Virus record (IMG/VR): IMGVR_UViG_3300020576_001396
Coordinates: 64,001-93,892 of that record
Source: a virus
Taxonomy: Duplodnaviria; Heunggongvirae; Uroviricota; Caudoviricetes
Length of the DNA stretch: 29,892 bases
Reading direction: 5' to 3' (one strand)
The position numbers and the translations under genes are program-made. This document shows positions 1-8,701 of the stretch, piece by piece. Below the pieces are notes generated by a model. The model worked only from the letters and a program-made list of their open reading frames with translations, did no database searches and was not told where the DNA came from. How positions within the stretch are numbered: the stretch's first letter is position 1; the number at the start of each line of letters is the position of its first letter.

Positions 1-3000
1 AACTAAACGTTGATTGCTTGTGTTAACAAATGTAAAATCTGTTATCATATATTTCTCTCTGATACGTTCATTGAACATTCTAGTCTTATCTAGGTTTGCT
101 GCTGCGAACACGTCAGGATTGGTATCGTAGTTCTTGTTTACTGCATTACGTGGTACGAATGTAGTCCATTCTCTTTCGTCTCTCTCTAGGTTAGTTCCGT
201 ATACCAAGTCACAGTAGTCTGTATTCTGGTAGTTGTTATAACATCTGATTGAGTTAAAGGTTCTGTTATATATCTCTATGTTATTAGAAGTTACTGTAGA
301 AACTATAGACAGATTATCAAATGCTTTTGTGTATCCGTAGTCATCATTGAATACTACTTTAATAGTAGAGTCTTTGTACTTAGGTGATGCTGACAGGGTT
401 TCACTTGCTGCAACCCCTGGTATGTAGGAATGAAATACACAACGGTCTTTTATCAGGCTGTTATGATAGAAGAGTAGGTCATTAGAGTATACGTGATTCG
501 TTGATAAATACCCCTCGTTAAACGGTATAAATTTATAAGTATAATAGTCGTAGAAAGATGAGAAAGAATCTATGACTATATTTTCGTCAAAAGATAGGGT
601 TACTCCGTTCGCTGTGCTTGTATTATAAAACGACATTAATACTTGATTGTACCTCTTATCATATACTGTTCTTATTACATTGTACTGTAGATTAGCAGGA
701 GACAGCCTTTCTTCAAACCATGACTGCATCTGTTTACTCTTGGTTATGTTCTCCAAAGCATTGGTAAATCTATATATCGACTTGTCTTTAGTATTAAGCC
801 AGTACACACCGCTTTGTGAAGCTACAACGTGTTGATTATTAGTAGAGCCTACTTTATCAGAAACGTAATCATACCTGTCTAATACACCCCCTGTACCAAG
901 TACTAGAGCTGCTCCACCACTATCTTGAACTAATGATCTATCGTTAACGGAAAGTACACCGAAAGCGTTCTCTTGCCAAAATAATAGCTTGTCATTTACA
1001 TTAGACAATGTAGTTATAGGACCGTGGTTGGTCTGAACTTCTATAAAATCATTTATAGGAAACAACGTGAATGAATCTTGAGCTTCTCCATTAATCTTAG
1101 TTTTAGATACCTTTACCATACAATCAAACTCAGTATCTGTTGATACGGAAGTAGGTACGTTAACGTAGAACTTAGCATTTGATTCCTGTGAATAGACTGT
1201 ATTATATTGATACAATGAAGTCTTCTGGTCGTAGGTATCACCGGATAGGTTAGTCCACTTGCCTGCTACTTCTTGTATATTATAGTTATAAGCGTCTAAC
1301 GCTGCCTTACTAGAACTTCTATCATGACGTAGGTCACAATTTACAGAACTTTCTAAAGGAACAAAAACATTTTCATTTAATGTATTATTGTAAGTCTTCG
1401 TAAGGTCTGCTAGTTGTGTGCTTACATCAAAGAAGTTTATAAAGGTATCACCATTCCATGCAGTATAAGTAGGACTTGTGGACGTAATTATATCGGAAGC
1501 AGGTATAGCAATGTTTCCCTCCCTTGATTCAAAGGATTGCCCTCCATACTGTGACACGTGTACATCTCTTTTATAGTTAACAACAACAAGACTTACTCCT
1601 TCAGCAGCCCATGTATCATTTGTATGATGTACAAATAAACCAGAACACCCTAAGGCAGAAGTAGCAGAGTCATAGTTAGCACACGTAGTTGCGTTGAATG
1701 AAAAAGTATTAGTGTTAGACCTAGGTTCTACATACAAAGCATCATCGATAGTAGCTTTTGTACTATCAGAATAAGCTACCAATGCGTTAGTATCACATTT
1801 ATAATACTTTAACCAAGCATTACCTGTAACAAGACAAGATGGGTAGTAAGTTACATACTCTAAGTAATCTGAGGACCCTTTTGAAATATTTTTAGTAACG
1901 TTTATTTCTGGTGATACGAGTTTAACTATGTTCCCTGTAGCTGCTATGGTATTCGTCATTACCCTTGGTCTTGAAGCAGCTGATACAGAACCAACTGGTA
2001 TTACAAGAGCTTGTGTAAGTATTGAACGATCATCCCCTTGTCGTTCCATACGTAGCAACTGTGCTGATACAGCTCCTGTAGGGAAACTGTTTAACTTAAC
2101 CGTAGGGTATAAAGCTGTAGTGTTGATGTTTGATCCACTCAATACCGATAAAGCATGGTATCCATTATCATGCAAGCTTGGCATACGTAAATCACATACC
2201 CATTTAGCAGGACTTGCTATACCGTGTGCATTAAAGAATACTATGTATAGTCTATATACCTCATCTCGTTGCCATGACTTTCTACCAGACATGTATGGAC
2301 TAGCGAAGCTGGTATATGATTTATTATCTGTTTGGTCTTCAGTACCAGCAGAAAACACATTACCACTGTTATTGTTATCAAGATTTATAGTATCTGTGGT
2401 AAATCCTATTTTAATGTTAGGGCCTTCCGCTCCTAAAGTAGAGCCATTGCTTTGAAACTTGTACGCATAAGTAGCATTACCGTCATTATAAGGATCATTA
2501 TAAGGATTTATACCGTCGTGATCTGGTAAATAACTTGACCAGTTGGTGAATGTCTGATTTATCGTAACGTTACCTGCAGTATCTGTAACTAACGCTTGAT
2601 TAGAAGAGTTAAAACGTACTGCTCTAGCATCCCAATCTCCTATTGAGAATTCTTCTTTAGTTATGTTACTTGCAAATAAACGTTCGTCCTTTATAGTAAG
2701 GTCTTTAGCACCAAATAACTCTGTGTGCCCTAAGTTAAGCTCGTCAAGTGTATAAGTACCATAAGAGGTAGCACCTGTATCTAGATAAGATATTGTAGCA
2801 GGACTAGAAGTTAATGGAACTTCGCCCACAACTGTTATAGTAGGTACAGAATTAATAGTTTCATAGTGAAGACGTATTACCCTTATATGACTATACTTAG
2901 CACTGTCAGGTGTTGTAAAAGTCATACGAACACTCTTACCTGTAGTCTTACTTAAATCTGCTTCACCTTTATAGTAGTAAGAGCCTAAAAGATAATCATT

Positions 3001-3879
3001 ATCTGTGGTTATGTGTATAGTGTTACTTAAAGGAGATATGGAGGTCTCGGCACCATGGTTGTTGAAATACTGAAAAGCATACTGTACTACCCCTGCTTTG
3101 ATAGCACCGGGGGATAATCTGTCGAGTATAGGCTTGTGAAGTAGGGCTTCTGGTATAAACTCAAACAAGTCTGGTTGAAAGTAATAGTTTACACCAACTG
3201 AGTATGGGTCTTTATCTGTAGTTAGACTGTCTGTAATGTTAGCATAACGCATATTGTTATACCCATCACACCAGTATATTTTTTGTATAGTAGGAGTTTC
3301 ATATGCGCCTACTGACCTTATAGGATATGCTGTACTAAATTTTAAATATCCAGCACTGTTGTTTAAGTTATCATCATATACTACTGCAAAGTCTGTGAAG
3401 GACTCCGTAGAAGCATCTATTTTAAATTTAACTATCTTGCTATGTCCTGTTGTAGGAGTAGTAGTCGTATTAGAAGTTAGAAACAATACAATAGTATCAC
3501 GTATTGTCACACTTCCTACTACATACATGTCATCTTCTGTGAAAGCGTTTAGGTCAGATACCATTGCTCCTGCACCTGTAAATATAATAGGTGAGGATAG
3601 TACTGTGAATATTTGTCCTAATGTATAAGCAACGCTATTATAAGTCGCAGTACCTTTAACTACAATGTATCTGTGCCCTGTCTGTAAAGAACAAGGACTT
3701 AAAGCAGTAGAAATGTTATTATTACCTTCTATGTTCTCTAAGCCTCCTGTAGACTCTCCTACACTAGTTATAAGTCGTATGTTATGTGCGTCTAAATAAC
3801 GTTCCTTAGATATCAAAGACTTATCCAAGTCCTTGACCATACCCATCTGGAACGTGTGTACAGCTTGTTTAGCACTCAT
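1..3879 (-). CDS. Tail muzzle / tail stabilization protein (crAss001 gp44-like, P22 gp10-related), 3' end outside the window
   Basis: Not in the ORF track. ATG at 3879 overlaps the upstream TAA (TAATG). I read all 1293 codons to position 1 and found no stop. Recognisable motifs: MSAKQAVHTFQMGMVKDLDKSLISKERYLDAHNIRLI, IQKIYWCDGYNNMRYAN, AGVVQYAFQYF, KSWQRDEVYRLYIVFF...KWVCDLRMP, LVLGTGGVLDRYDY, RINEREKYMITDF-like C-terminus. It sits directly after ring protein 1, as in crAss-like phages. Confidence 0.9.
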   Translation of the reverse strand, partial: MSAKQAVHTFQMGMVKDLDKSLISKERYLDAHNIRLITSVGESTGGLENIEGNNNISTALSPCSLQTGHRYIVVKGTATYNSVAYTLGQIFTVLSSPIIFTGAGAMVSDLNAFTEDDMYVVGSVTIRDTIVLFLTSNTTTTPTTGHSKIVKFKIDASTESFTDFAVVYDDNLNNSAGYLKFSTAYPIRSVGAYETPTIQKIYWCDGYNNMRYANITDSLTTDKDPYSVGVNYYFQPDLFEFIPEALLHKPILDRLSPGAIKAGVVQYAFQYFNNHGAETSISPLSNTIHITTDNDYLLGSYYYKGEADLSKTTGKSVRMTFTTPDSAKYSHIRVIRLHYETINSVPTITVVGEVPLTSSPATISYLDTGATSYGTYTLDELNLGHTELFGAKDLTIKDERLFASNITKEEFSIGDWDARAVRFNSSNQALVTDTAGNVTINQTFTNWSSYLPDHDGINPYNDPYNDGNATYAYKFQSNGSTLGAEGPNIKIGFTTDTINLDNNNSGNVFSAGTEDQTDNKSYTSFASPYMSGRKSWQRDEVYRLYIVFFNAHGIASPAKWVCDLRMPSLHDNGYHALSVLSGSNINTTALYPTVKLNSFPTGAVSAQLLRMERQGDDRSILTQALVIPVGSVSAASRPRVMTNTIAATGNIVKLVSPEINVTKNISKGSSDYLEYVTYYPSCLVTGNAWLKYYKCDTNALVAYSDSTKATIDDALYVEPRSNTNTFSFNATTCANYDSATSALGCSGLFVHHTNDTWAAEGVSLVVVNYKRDVHVSQYGGQSFESREGNIAIPASDIITSTSPTYTAWNGDTFINFFDVSTQLADLTKTYNNTLNENVFVPLESSVNCDLRHDRSSSKAALDAYNYNIQEVAGKWTNLSGDTYDQKTSLYQYNTVYSQESNAKFYVNVPTSVSTDTEFDCMVKVSKTKINGEAQDSFTLFPINDFIEVQTNHGPITTLSNVNDKLLFWQENAFGVLSVNDRSLVQDSGGAALVLGTGGVLDRYDYVSDKVGSTNNQHVVASQSGVYWLNTKDKSIYRFTNALENITKSKQMQSWFEERLSPANLQYNVIRTVYDKRYNQVLMSFYNTSTANGVTLSFDENIVIDSFSSFYDYYTYKFIPFNEGYLSTNHVYSNDLLFYHNSLIKDRCVFHSYIPGVAASETLSASPKYKDSTIKVVFNDDYGYTKAFDNLSIVSTVTSNNIEIYNRTFNSIRCYNNYQNTDYCDLVYGTNLERDEREWTTFVPRNAVNKNYDTNPDVFAAANLDKTRMFNERIREKYMITDFTFVNTSNQRLV

Positions 3880-4796
3880 TATTTATTCTTATTGTAGATT
3901 ATCTGACGATCACTTAGTGTTGAGAATCCGTTTGCGTGTTCGTGTATCTCAGGTATAAGCCTTAACCACTGATTTTTTATACTCTCAAGTTGATCTATAT
4001 TAGGCATCATTGCATTACCATAAGCCTTCTTACATGTGAAGTTCCACGAACGTCTAGCATCGTAGTATACCTCATCGCGTACTCTACCTAGTTTCCATTC
4101 TGGATAAAGTAGCTTCATTGTTACGTACCAGTATAAAGCTTCTATGAAGTCTACATCGTCTGGTATCATTGGGTAACCATCATTGTCTGTCGGTATAGCT
4201 TGATAAGCTAACATTATATAACCATTCCTGATGTTGGTTTTAATGTAGTTGTTGTTTATAAAATACTTGTAAGTACCATCGTAGTTATAGGCTTCCGTCT
4301 CCATTCCTATACCGTTACTAGGGTACATTCTGTTTAGCATAACAGTAAGTGTATCCCGTACGTTAGGTTCTACATTTAATTTAAGCAAAGCAGCGTCATA
4401 ATCCAAACTGTACAGCGACATAGCTAAGGTTACATAGGAACTCTCAGGGAAGGCATTTGATATGGAGCTTACCTCGTTAACTGTCTTACCTACTTCAAAA
4501 GAACCTGTACCATATATCATAGGATAATAAGGTCCTGTAACATTCTCTGAGAAACTAACCTGTATTATTGAATGAAAGTCATTAGGTAGTTTAGCTTGAT
4601 AGTCAAATACCTCAAGGAAGGGGTTACCGTCTTTACCTGCTACCTTATTTATAAACGATGGAAAAGCGCCTATCTTTAGTAGACCTTCAGCACACCATTC
4701 AATCATGTCTGTTATACGGTGGTCACCTTCTTTTAAATCTAAGTCTGTAAAGACCTTTGCAATTACTCTTTTTACACTTGTAGTTTTATACAACAT
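3879..4796 (-). CDS. Tail ring protein 1 / tail tubular protein (crAss001 gp43-like, P22 gp4-related)
   Basis: 305 aa with SVKRVIAKVFTDLDL, YIKTNIRNGYIMLAYQAIPTDNDGYPMIPD, EALYWYVTMKLLYP and AYGNAMMPNIDQLESIKNQW; immediately upstream of the muzzle gene. Confidence 0.85.
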   Translation of the reverse strand: MLYKTTSVKRVIAKVFTDLDLKEGDHRITDMIEWCAEGLLKIGAFPSFINKVAGKDGNPFLEVFDYQAKLPNDFHSIIQVSFSENVTGPYYPMIYGTGSFEVGKTVNEVSSISNAFPESSYVTLAMSLYSLDYDAALLKLNVEPNVRDTLTVMLNRMYPSNGIGMETEAYNYDGTYKYFINNNYIKTNIRNGYIMLAYQAIPTDNDGYPMIPDDVDFIEALYWYVTMKLLYPEWKLGRVRDEVYYDARRSWNFTCKKAYGNAMMPNIDQLESIKNQWLRLIPEIHEHANGFSTLSDRQIIYNKNK

Positions 4797-5409
4797 AATT
4801 ATTATTTTTAAAAACCCACTTATACCCAGACGCTGATTTTCTTTTTCCTAAAGCAACTAAACTTATGTTTACTTGTTTATTTCGGTTTCCTAAAAATACA
4901 GCTGCTTCAACTGCAGATTCAAATTCTTTTAAAGGTTGTTTTGTTTTTTTATCCAGCATGATTATTGCTTTTTTCATATTCTTAACTCTATAAGAATTTA
5001 ACGCACTTATAGATTGTTTTTTTCTAACTTTTATTAATTCTTCATTAGTAAGTCTACAAATTCCTCTTTTACCTTTTTTTGAAACAGATATTTTTAGTTT
5101 TGTAACTTCACTGCAAATACAACCCAATGAACTACCAGCAACATATAATATATTATATTCTGGTTTTAAATCCAAGTATTTTTGTTCTATAAATAGTAAA
5201 GTATCCTTAATTGGCTCGCAGAGCTCTAGTATGTTGAATTCAAAATGTTGTTCCCCATATTTGTTCCAAGCTCTCTGTAACTTTATAGACTTATGGTTAT
5301 TGTTCCACAAAGAATATTTATGTGACATAAAACGCTTACATATATCAATACTACTACCAATATATCTATGACTATTTAATTTATTTCTTATTTCGTAAAT
5401 CCCTGACAT
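4786..5409 (-). CDS. Free-standing GIY-YIG homing endonuclease (I-TevI-like) with NUMOD3- and NUMOD1-type DNA-binding segments
   Basis: SGIYEIRN...RYIGSS...R...H catalytic domain, EQKYLD...PEYNI..AGSSLG, SEVTKLKISVSKKG, C-terminal KEFESAVEAA...GKRKSASGYKWVF; the DNA is visibly more AT-rich than the flanking ring gene. Confidence 0.9.
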   Translation of the reverse strand: MSGIYEIRNKLNSHRYIGSSIDICKRFMSHKYSLWNNNHKSIKLQRAWNKYGEQHFEFNILELCEPIKDTLLFIEQKYLDLKPEYNILYVAGSSLGCICSEVTKLKISVSKKGKRGICRLTNEELIKVRKKQSISALNSYRVKNMKKAIIMLDKKTKQPLKEFESAVEAAVFLGNRNKQVNISLVALGKRKSASGYKWVFKNNNYVV

Positions 5410-5429
5410 TCAGTAAGTTTGTATATCAT
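5388..5429 (-). pseudogene. Orphan 13-codon ORF MIYKLTECQGFTK*, probable displaced original 5' end of the ring protein 1 gene
   Basis: ATGATATACAAACTTACT (MIYKLT) versus the current ring start ATGTTGTATAAAACTACA (MLYKTT): 12/18 nt and 4/6 aa identical. It starts 10 nt after the upstream TAA. Confidence 0.6.
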
Positions 5430-5439
5430 ATTATTTAAA

Positions 5440-5655
5440 TTATTCTTCTATTGGTAATTCAGGTTCAATAAATGTAACCTCTTGTTGTGGTAGTGTGAGT
5501 AATAGTTCTCTTATTGATATAAATTCATCGTTTGTTAATACGTCTAATGGTAAACAATAACCTTCAACTACTTGTGTAGGATCAAGTGCGGAATAAGTTC
5601 CGTATCTACCACGTACTTGATTAGCCTGATCTGAATTTAATAATATCATTTTCAT
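5440..5655 (-). CDS. Hypothetical 71-aa protein, fibre-associated
   Basis: TAATG-coupled to the upstream gene; same strand as the operon. Confidence 0.7.
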   Translation of the reverse strand: MKMILLNSDQANQVRGRYGTYSALDPTQVVEGYCLPLDVLTNDEFISIRELLLTLPQQEVTFIEPELPIEE

Positions 5656-6473
5656 TAAAATGTTCCTCCTACATTATTATAGAAATAAACTAATATATTA
5701 TAAAGAGTAGTATGTTGGGAATTACTCAAGGACCCTCCTAGAAAAAAAGCTTTTGTACCATTTAACGTTGAGTTATATATTTCGTTATAATTAGAACCGT
5801 TTGATGCTACGTTAGAAGCTGTTGAATATTCTGACACATATGATCCATCTCTAAAAAACTTTCTGTATAGACTTCCGTTTGGTGAACTATTCAAACTCAT
5901 AAATTGTCCTTCTGTTGTATTACCACTATAGGCAGCATATGTAGCAGAAGAGTAATAATACCATCTAGCTGAGGAACCGTAATTAATTAATCCATTCGCA
6001 GTGCTCCCACCTATAACAGATGAGCTTGCTACATTAGGTTTATTGTAAACCATCTGTCCTATTGAAAAATCAGTACATTGATTATAATTAACTTTCTGTG
6101 TATTATTATAATTTAAGTCTAGTTTTTTAGTAGTACCTGTAGTAAATCCTTGCTTAGCAACCCAGGGACAACTATTTATGTTAGTAGAATTATGTGCATT
6201 CTTCACCCAATTTAAATGAGATGCTTGCTCTGTATGTAATCCTCGTATGTAAAAAACATCTAGTTTACTGAAAATACCAGCATCTTTTAAATCCTTTATA
6301 GTTTTATTAATTAACAGTTTTAAAGAATTGGTAGGTTGACTAGACATTCTTGCAAGTAAAGAAACTGTTTCAGATTCTAAATTAGAATACACTTCAATAG
6401 TTCCTTGGTATACTTTATTTACTTGAGACGTACCAATATAAATATTACTATATTGTGTTGTACCTATATACAT
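5655..6473 (-). CDS. Putative fibre/appendage protein (272 aa)
   Basis: N-terminal IYIGTSQVNKVYQG module typical of small phage fibre proteins, followed by a helical segment (LINKTIKDLKDAGIFSKLDVFY) and an S/N/G/Y-rich beta region; TAATG coupling at both ends. Confidence 0.6.
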   Translation of the reverse strand: MYIGTTQYSNIYIGTSQVNKVYQGTIEVYSNLESETVSLLARMSSQPTNSLKLLINKTIKDLKDAGIFSKLDVFYIRGLHTEQASHLNWVKNAHNSTNINSCPWVAKQGFTTGTTKKLDLNYNNTQKVNYNQCTDFSIGQMVYNKPNVASSSVIGGSTANGLINYGSSARWYYYSSATYAAYSGNTTEGQFMSLNSSPNGSLYRKFFRDGSYVSEYSTASNVASNGSNYNEIYNSTLNGTKAFFLGGSLSNSQHTTLYNILVYFYNNVGGTF

Positions 6474-6760
6474 TATACTATAAAATATAAAGTAGAATTA
6501 TCCCACGTGCCTAAAGCATTATATGAAGATTGTGAACCAACCCATACAGACATTGGTGAACCTAATGGACCTTGTGCCCCGGTAGCACCAACTAAAGATG
6601 CTAACCACTGTGCTTCAGTACCAACATAACCGTTCTCTAAAGCTACCTCGTATGCTGATATACCAGGTATGCCTTGTACTTTTATCGTGTCTTTACCCAG
6701 CTTTAAATAAGTATTCTTATTAGCTGAAGAAACATTACCTTCATTACCGTATAGACTCAT
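6473..6760 (-). CDS. Short collagen-associated fibre protein (95 aa)
   Basis: GISAYEVALENGYVGTEAQWLASLVG motif, GATGAQGPLG triplets and the WVGSQSSYNAL...STLYFI fibre motif. Confidence 0.7.
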   Translation of the reverse strand: MSLYGNEGNVSSANKNTYLKLGKDTIKVQGIPGISAYEVALENGYVGTEAQWLASLVGATGAQGPLGSPMSVWVGSQSSYNALGTWDNSTLYFIV

Positions 6761-7224
6761 TATGCTCTTTCAAAATAATCATTTTCTCTTGTCTTTACAA
6801 GTCTTGCAACTTCACGCTTGATTGCTCTAGCGGGTTTAAATATGTAGGCAGTCTTATTATCAGTCATGCTTTTTTTACGATCCCAGTAGAATCTGTAAAC
6901 ATAACCATTACTATGTTCGTTAAACTGTCGTACTTGTTTGTTCTGTTCCTTGGACTTGTCCCAGTCCATAACCATGTTCTTTAAAGACTTGTACACAGGT
7001 TTGTGTTTAACAACTGTTATCTCTCCCAACCTAAAAGGTAGACATATTGTAGTAGACTTGTAAACAAGCTGTTCTGTCATATGCTTTAGAAACATGGTTG
7101 TTATATCTCTGTACTCGAGGTACTTTAAATAATAGTCTGAACCTTCAGGATACTTAATTAAATAGTCCTTGTAACTATCTTGTATAGTATAAGGATTCTG
7201 TATCTTATTCTTGCCTATACCCAT
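6760..7224 (-). CDS. crAss-type IHF/HU-like DNA-binding protein
   Basis: LPFRLGEITVVKHKP...DWDKSK...NEHSNGYVYRFYW...NK..Y...PARAIKREVARLVK; located between ring genes, as in crAss-like tail modules. Confidence 0.75.
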   Translation of the reverse strand: MGIGKNKIQNPYTIQDSYKDYLIKYPEGSDYYLKYLEYRDITTMFLKHMTEQLVYKSTTICLPFRLGEITVVKHKPVYKSLKNMVMDWDKSKEQNKQVRQFNEHSNGYVYRFYWDRKKSMTDNKTAYIFKPARAIKREVARLVKTRENDYFERA

Positions 7225-7916
7225 TACTCAGCGTTTACAGACACTTCGTTGGAACTGTCATTCTTATTGTCACTTGGTGCTTGAGAAAGTATACCAAGCT
7301 CTTTGGAGAGTATCATCTCCTTTAATACAGGTACCATGTTAGCTGGTATAGGATAAGCATCTCTGTATTCTAGTGTAACAACTTCAGAATTAGGATTAAT
7401 ATAGTTACCTACTTCAGTTGGAACTTCAAATATACCACGTACTGTTATTGACTCTAAGGGAGTTGGATAAGTAATGTATAAATGTTTATTACGTAAGAAT
7501 GCTAGAGGGTTGTTGGCGGTGAAGCGCTTATACTTCTGCCACTTAGTCCTTCCCTCTGGTACGAGTTGAATCTCGTTTCCGTCTATAGTGCCTAGGTATG
7601 TGAAGCCCGGCTTAAAGTTAAGGTCTAAGGTTTTAGGAACAGCAAGCTTCGTTCTCAGAAAGAAGGTCTCTGACTTGAGGTCTACCTCCTTAGATTGATC
7701 TACAACTTCCAACAACAACCCTGGAATCTCTTGAATGTAATCTGGATTAGGCATCTTGCCTTTATCCATATCTTGTTTAATAAGTAAAGCCCTATACTGA
7801 TTAATCCACTCTTCGACTTGTCTACGTGTTATAGTTTCACTTTGTGTAACTTTGCTACCACGTATTATGTTGAGTAAGTCAGTAATTATATTGTCTAGTG
7901 TAATGAATGTAATCAT
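7224..7916 (-). CDS. Tail ring protein 2 (crAss001 gp40-like)
   Basis: ITLDNIITDLLNIIR, WINQYRALLIKQDMDKGKMPNPDYIQ, YPIPANMVPVLKEMILSKEL. Confidence 0.8.
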   Translation of the reverse strand: MITFITLDNIITDLLNIIRGSKVTQSETITRRQVEEWINQYRALLIKQDMDKGKMPNPDYIQEIPGLLLEVVDQSKEVDLKSETFFLRTKLAVPKTLDLNFKPGFTYLGTIDGNEIQLVPEGRTKWQKYKRFTANNPLAFLRNKHLYITYPTPLESITVRGIFEVPTEVGNYINPNSEVVTLEYRDAYPIPANMVPVLKEMILSKELGILSQAPSDNKNDSSNEVSVNAE

Positions 7917-7924
7917 ATCTATTA

Positions 7925-8698
7925 TTATGCGCCAAGTATAAGACCTTGTGAGCCTATCCCTGTCTTTTTAATATCTTGTACCATTTCTCCAAATGTTCCT
8001 GGATTGTTATTTGTAGCTGTGCTAGACGACCATGGGTTACCAGCGCCCCCTGCATCTGCTAACGCTTCGCCTGTAGAACCTGGTGTATTATGGTTAGCTA
8101 CTAATTCGTCCCATATAGCATCTACCAATTGTTCAGTAGTAGCAGCTGATTCGTTAACATATATGTGTGCAGACATATAAGCCTTGCCTAGTATATTAGC
8201 ATAGTTTACACTGCCTGTACCTTGTGCTGTAGCTAACATGCCTATGATAGCACCCATATTAGCTTTAGTAACTGTACCAGACCCTGAAATATTAGTCGCC
8301 AGCATCTTGAGGATACTAGCCATTTGTGCTTTGTTAACGCTACCAGTACCTGTTACGGTAGCTAACATCTTAACAAGGTTTTGTAGATTAGCGCTTACAA
8401 CTGATCCTTGACCAACTAACGCATAAGTAGAGTTACCTAAATTTATTGCATTAGCCATTAAAGCTTTGTATACAGTACCGGAACCGTAATCTAATACAGC
8501 AAGACCATTAGCTTTTATAGCTGGAGCCCAAGTATAGTTAGGAGTATAACCTGAAGGTATGCTGTTATTTTTATTTAAAGAAGAATATCTGTTTAGATTG
8601 TTAGCTTGATTACCAACAGACCATCCCCATACACCGCTATAGTAACCGTGTATAGTATAGGTACTATTCTTATAAATATATGTGTTACCTATAATCAT
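7925..8698 (-). CDS. Accessory virion protein with five GxG[ST]VxxA repeats (257 aa)
   Basis: Repeat units at aa 72, 96, 117, 139 and 160; also two NxPG[ST]xGE units near the C-terminus. Confidence 0.75.
   Translation of the reverse strand: MIIGNTYIYKNSTYTIHGYYSGVWGWSVGNQANNLNRYSSLNKNNSIPSGYTPNYTWAPAIKANGLAVLDYGSGTVYKALMANAINLGNSTYALVGQGSVVSANLQNLVKMLATVTGTGSVNKAQMASILKMLATNISGSGTVTKANMGAIIGMLATAQGTGSVNYANILGKAYMSAHIYVNESAATTEQLVDAIWDELVANHNTPGSTGEALADAGGAGNPWSSSTATNNNPGTFGEMVQDIKKTGIGSQGLILGA
8174..8485 (-). repeat. Protein-level tandem repeat, five units of 21-24 aa
   Basis: GSGTVYKA / GQGSVVSA / GTGSVNKA / GSGTVTKA / GTGSVNYA, with MLAT recurring in three units. Confidence 0.8.
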
Positions 8699-8701
8699 TT
8701 A

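Noticed and set aside
647-3628. Plus-strand ORFs 647..835, 1928..2455 and 3254..3628
   Set aside because: Antisense shadows of the muzzle gene with no recognisable motifs.
4779-5411. Group I intron interpretation of the GIY-YIG insertion
   Set aside because: The putative exon 1 ends in U, but the endonuclease ORF fills the whole interval, leaving no room for a catalytic core, and no terminal G gives an in-frame join.
5414-5421. TAAGTTTG matching the Bacteroidota -7 promoter element on the plus strand
   Set aside because: It points antisense to the operon, has no clear -33 element and coincides with the displaced MIYKLT codons; probably chance.
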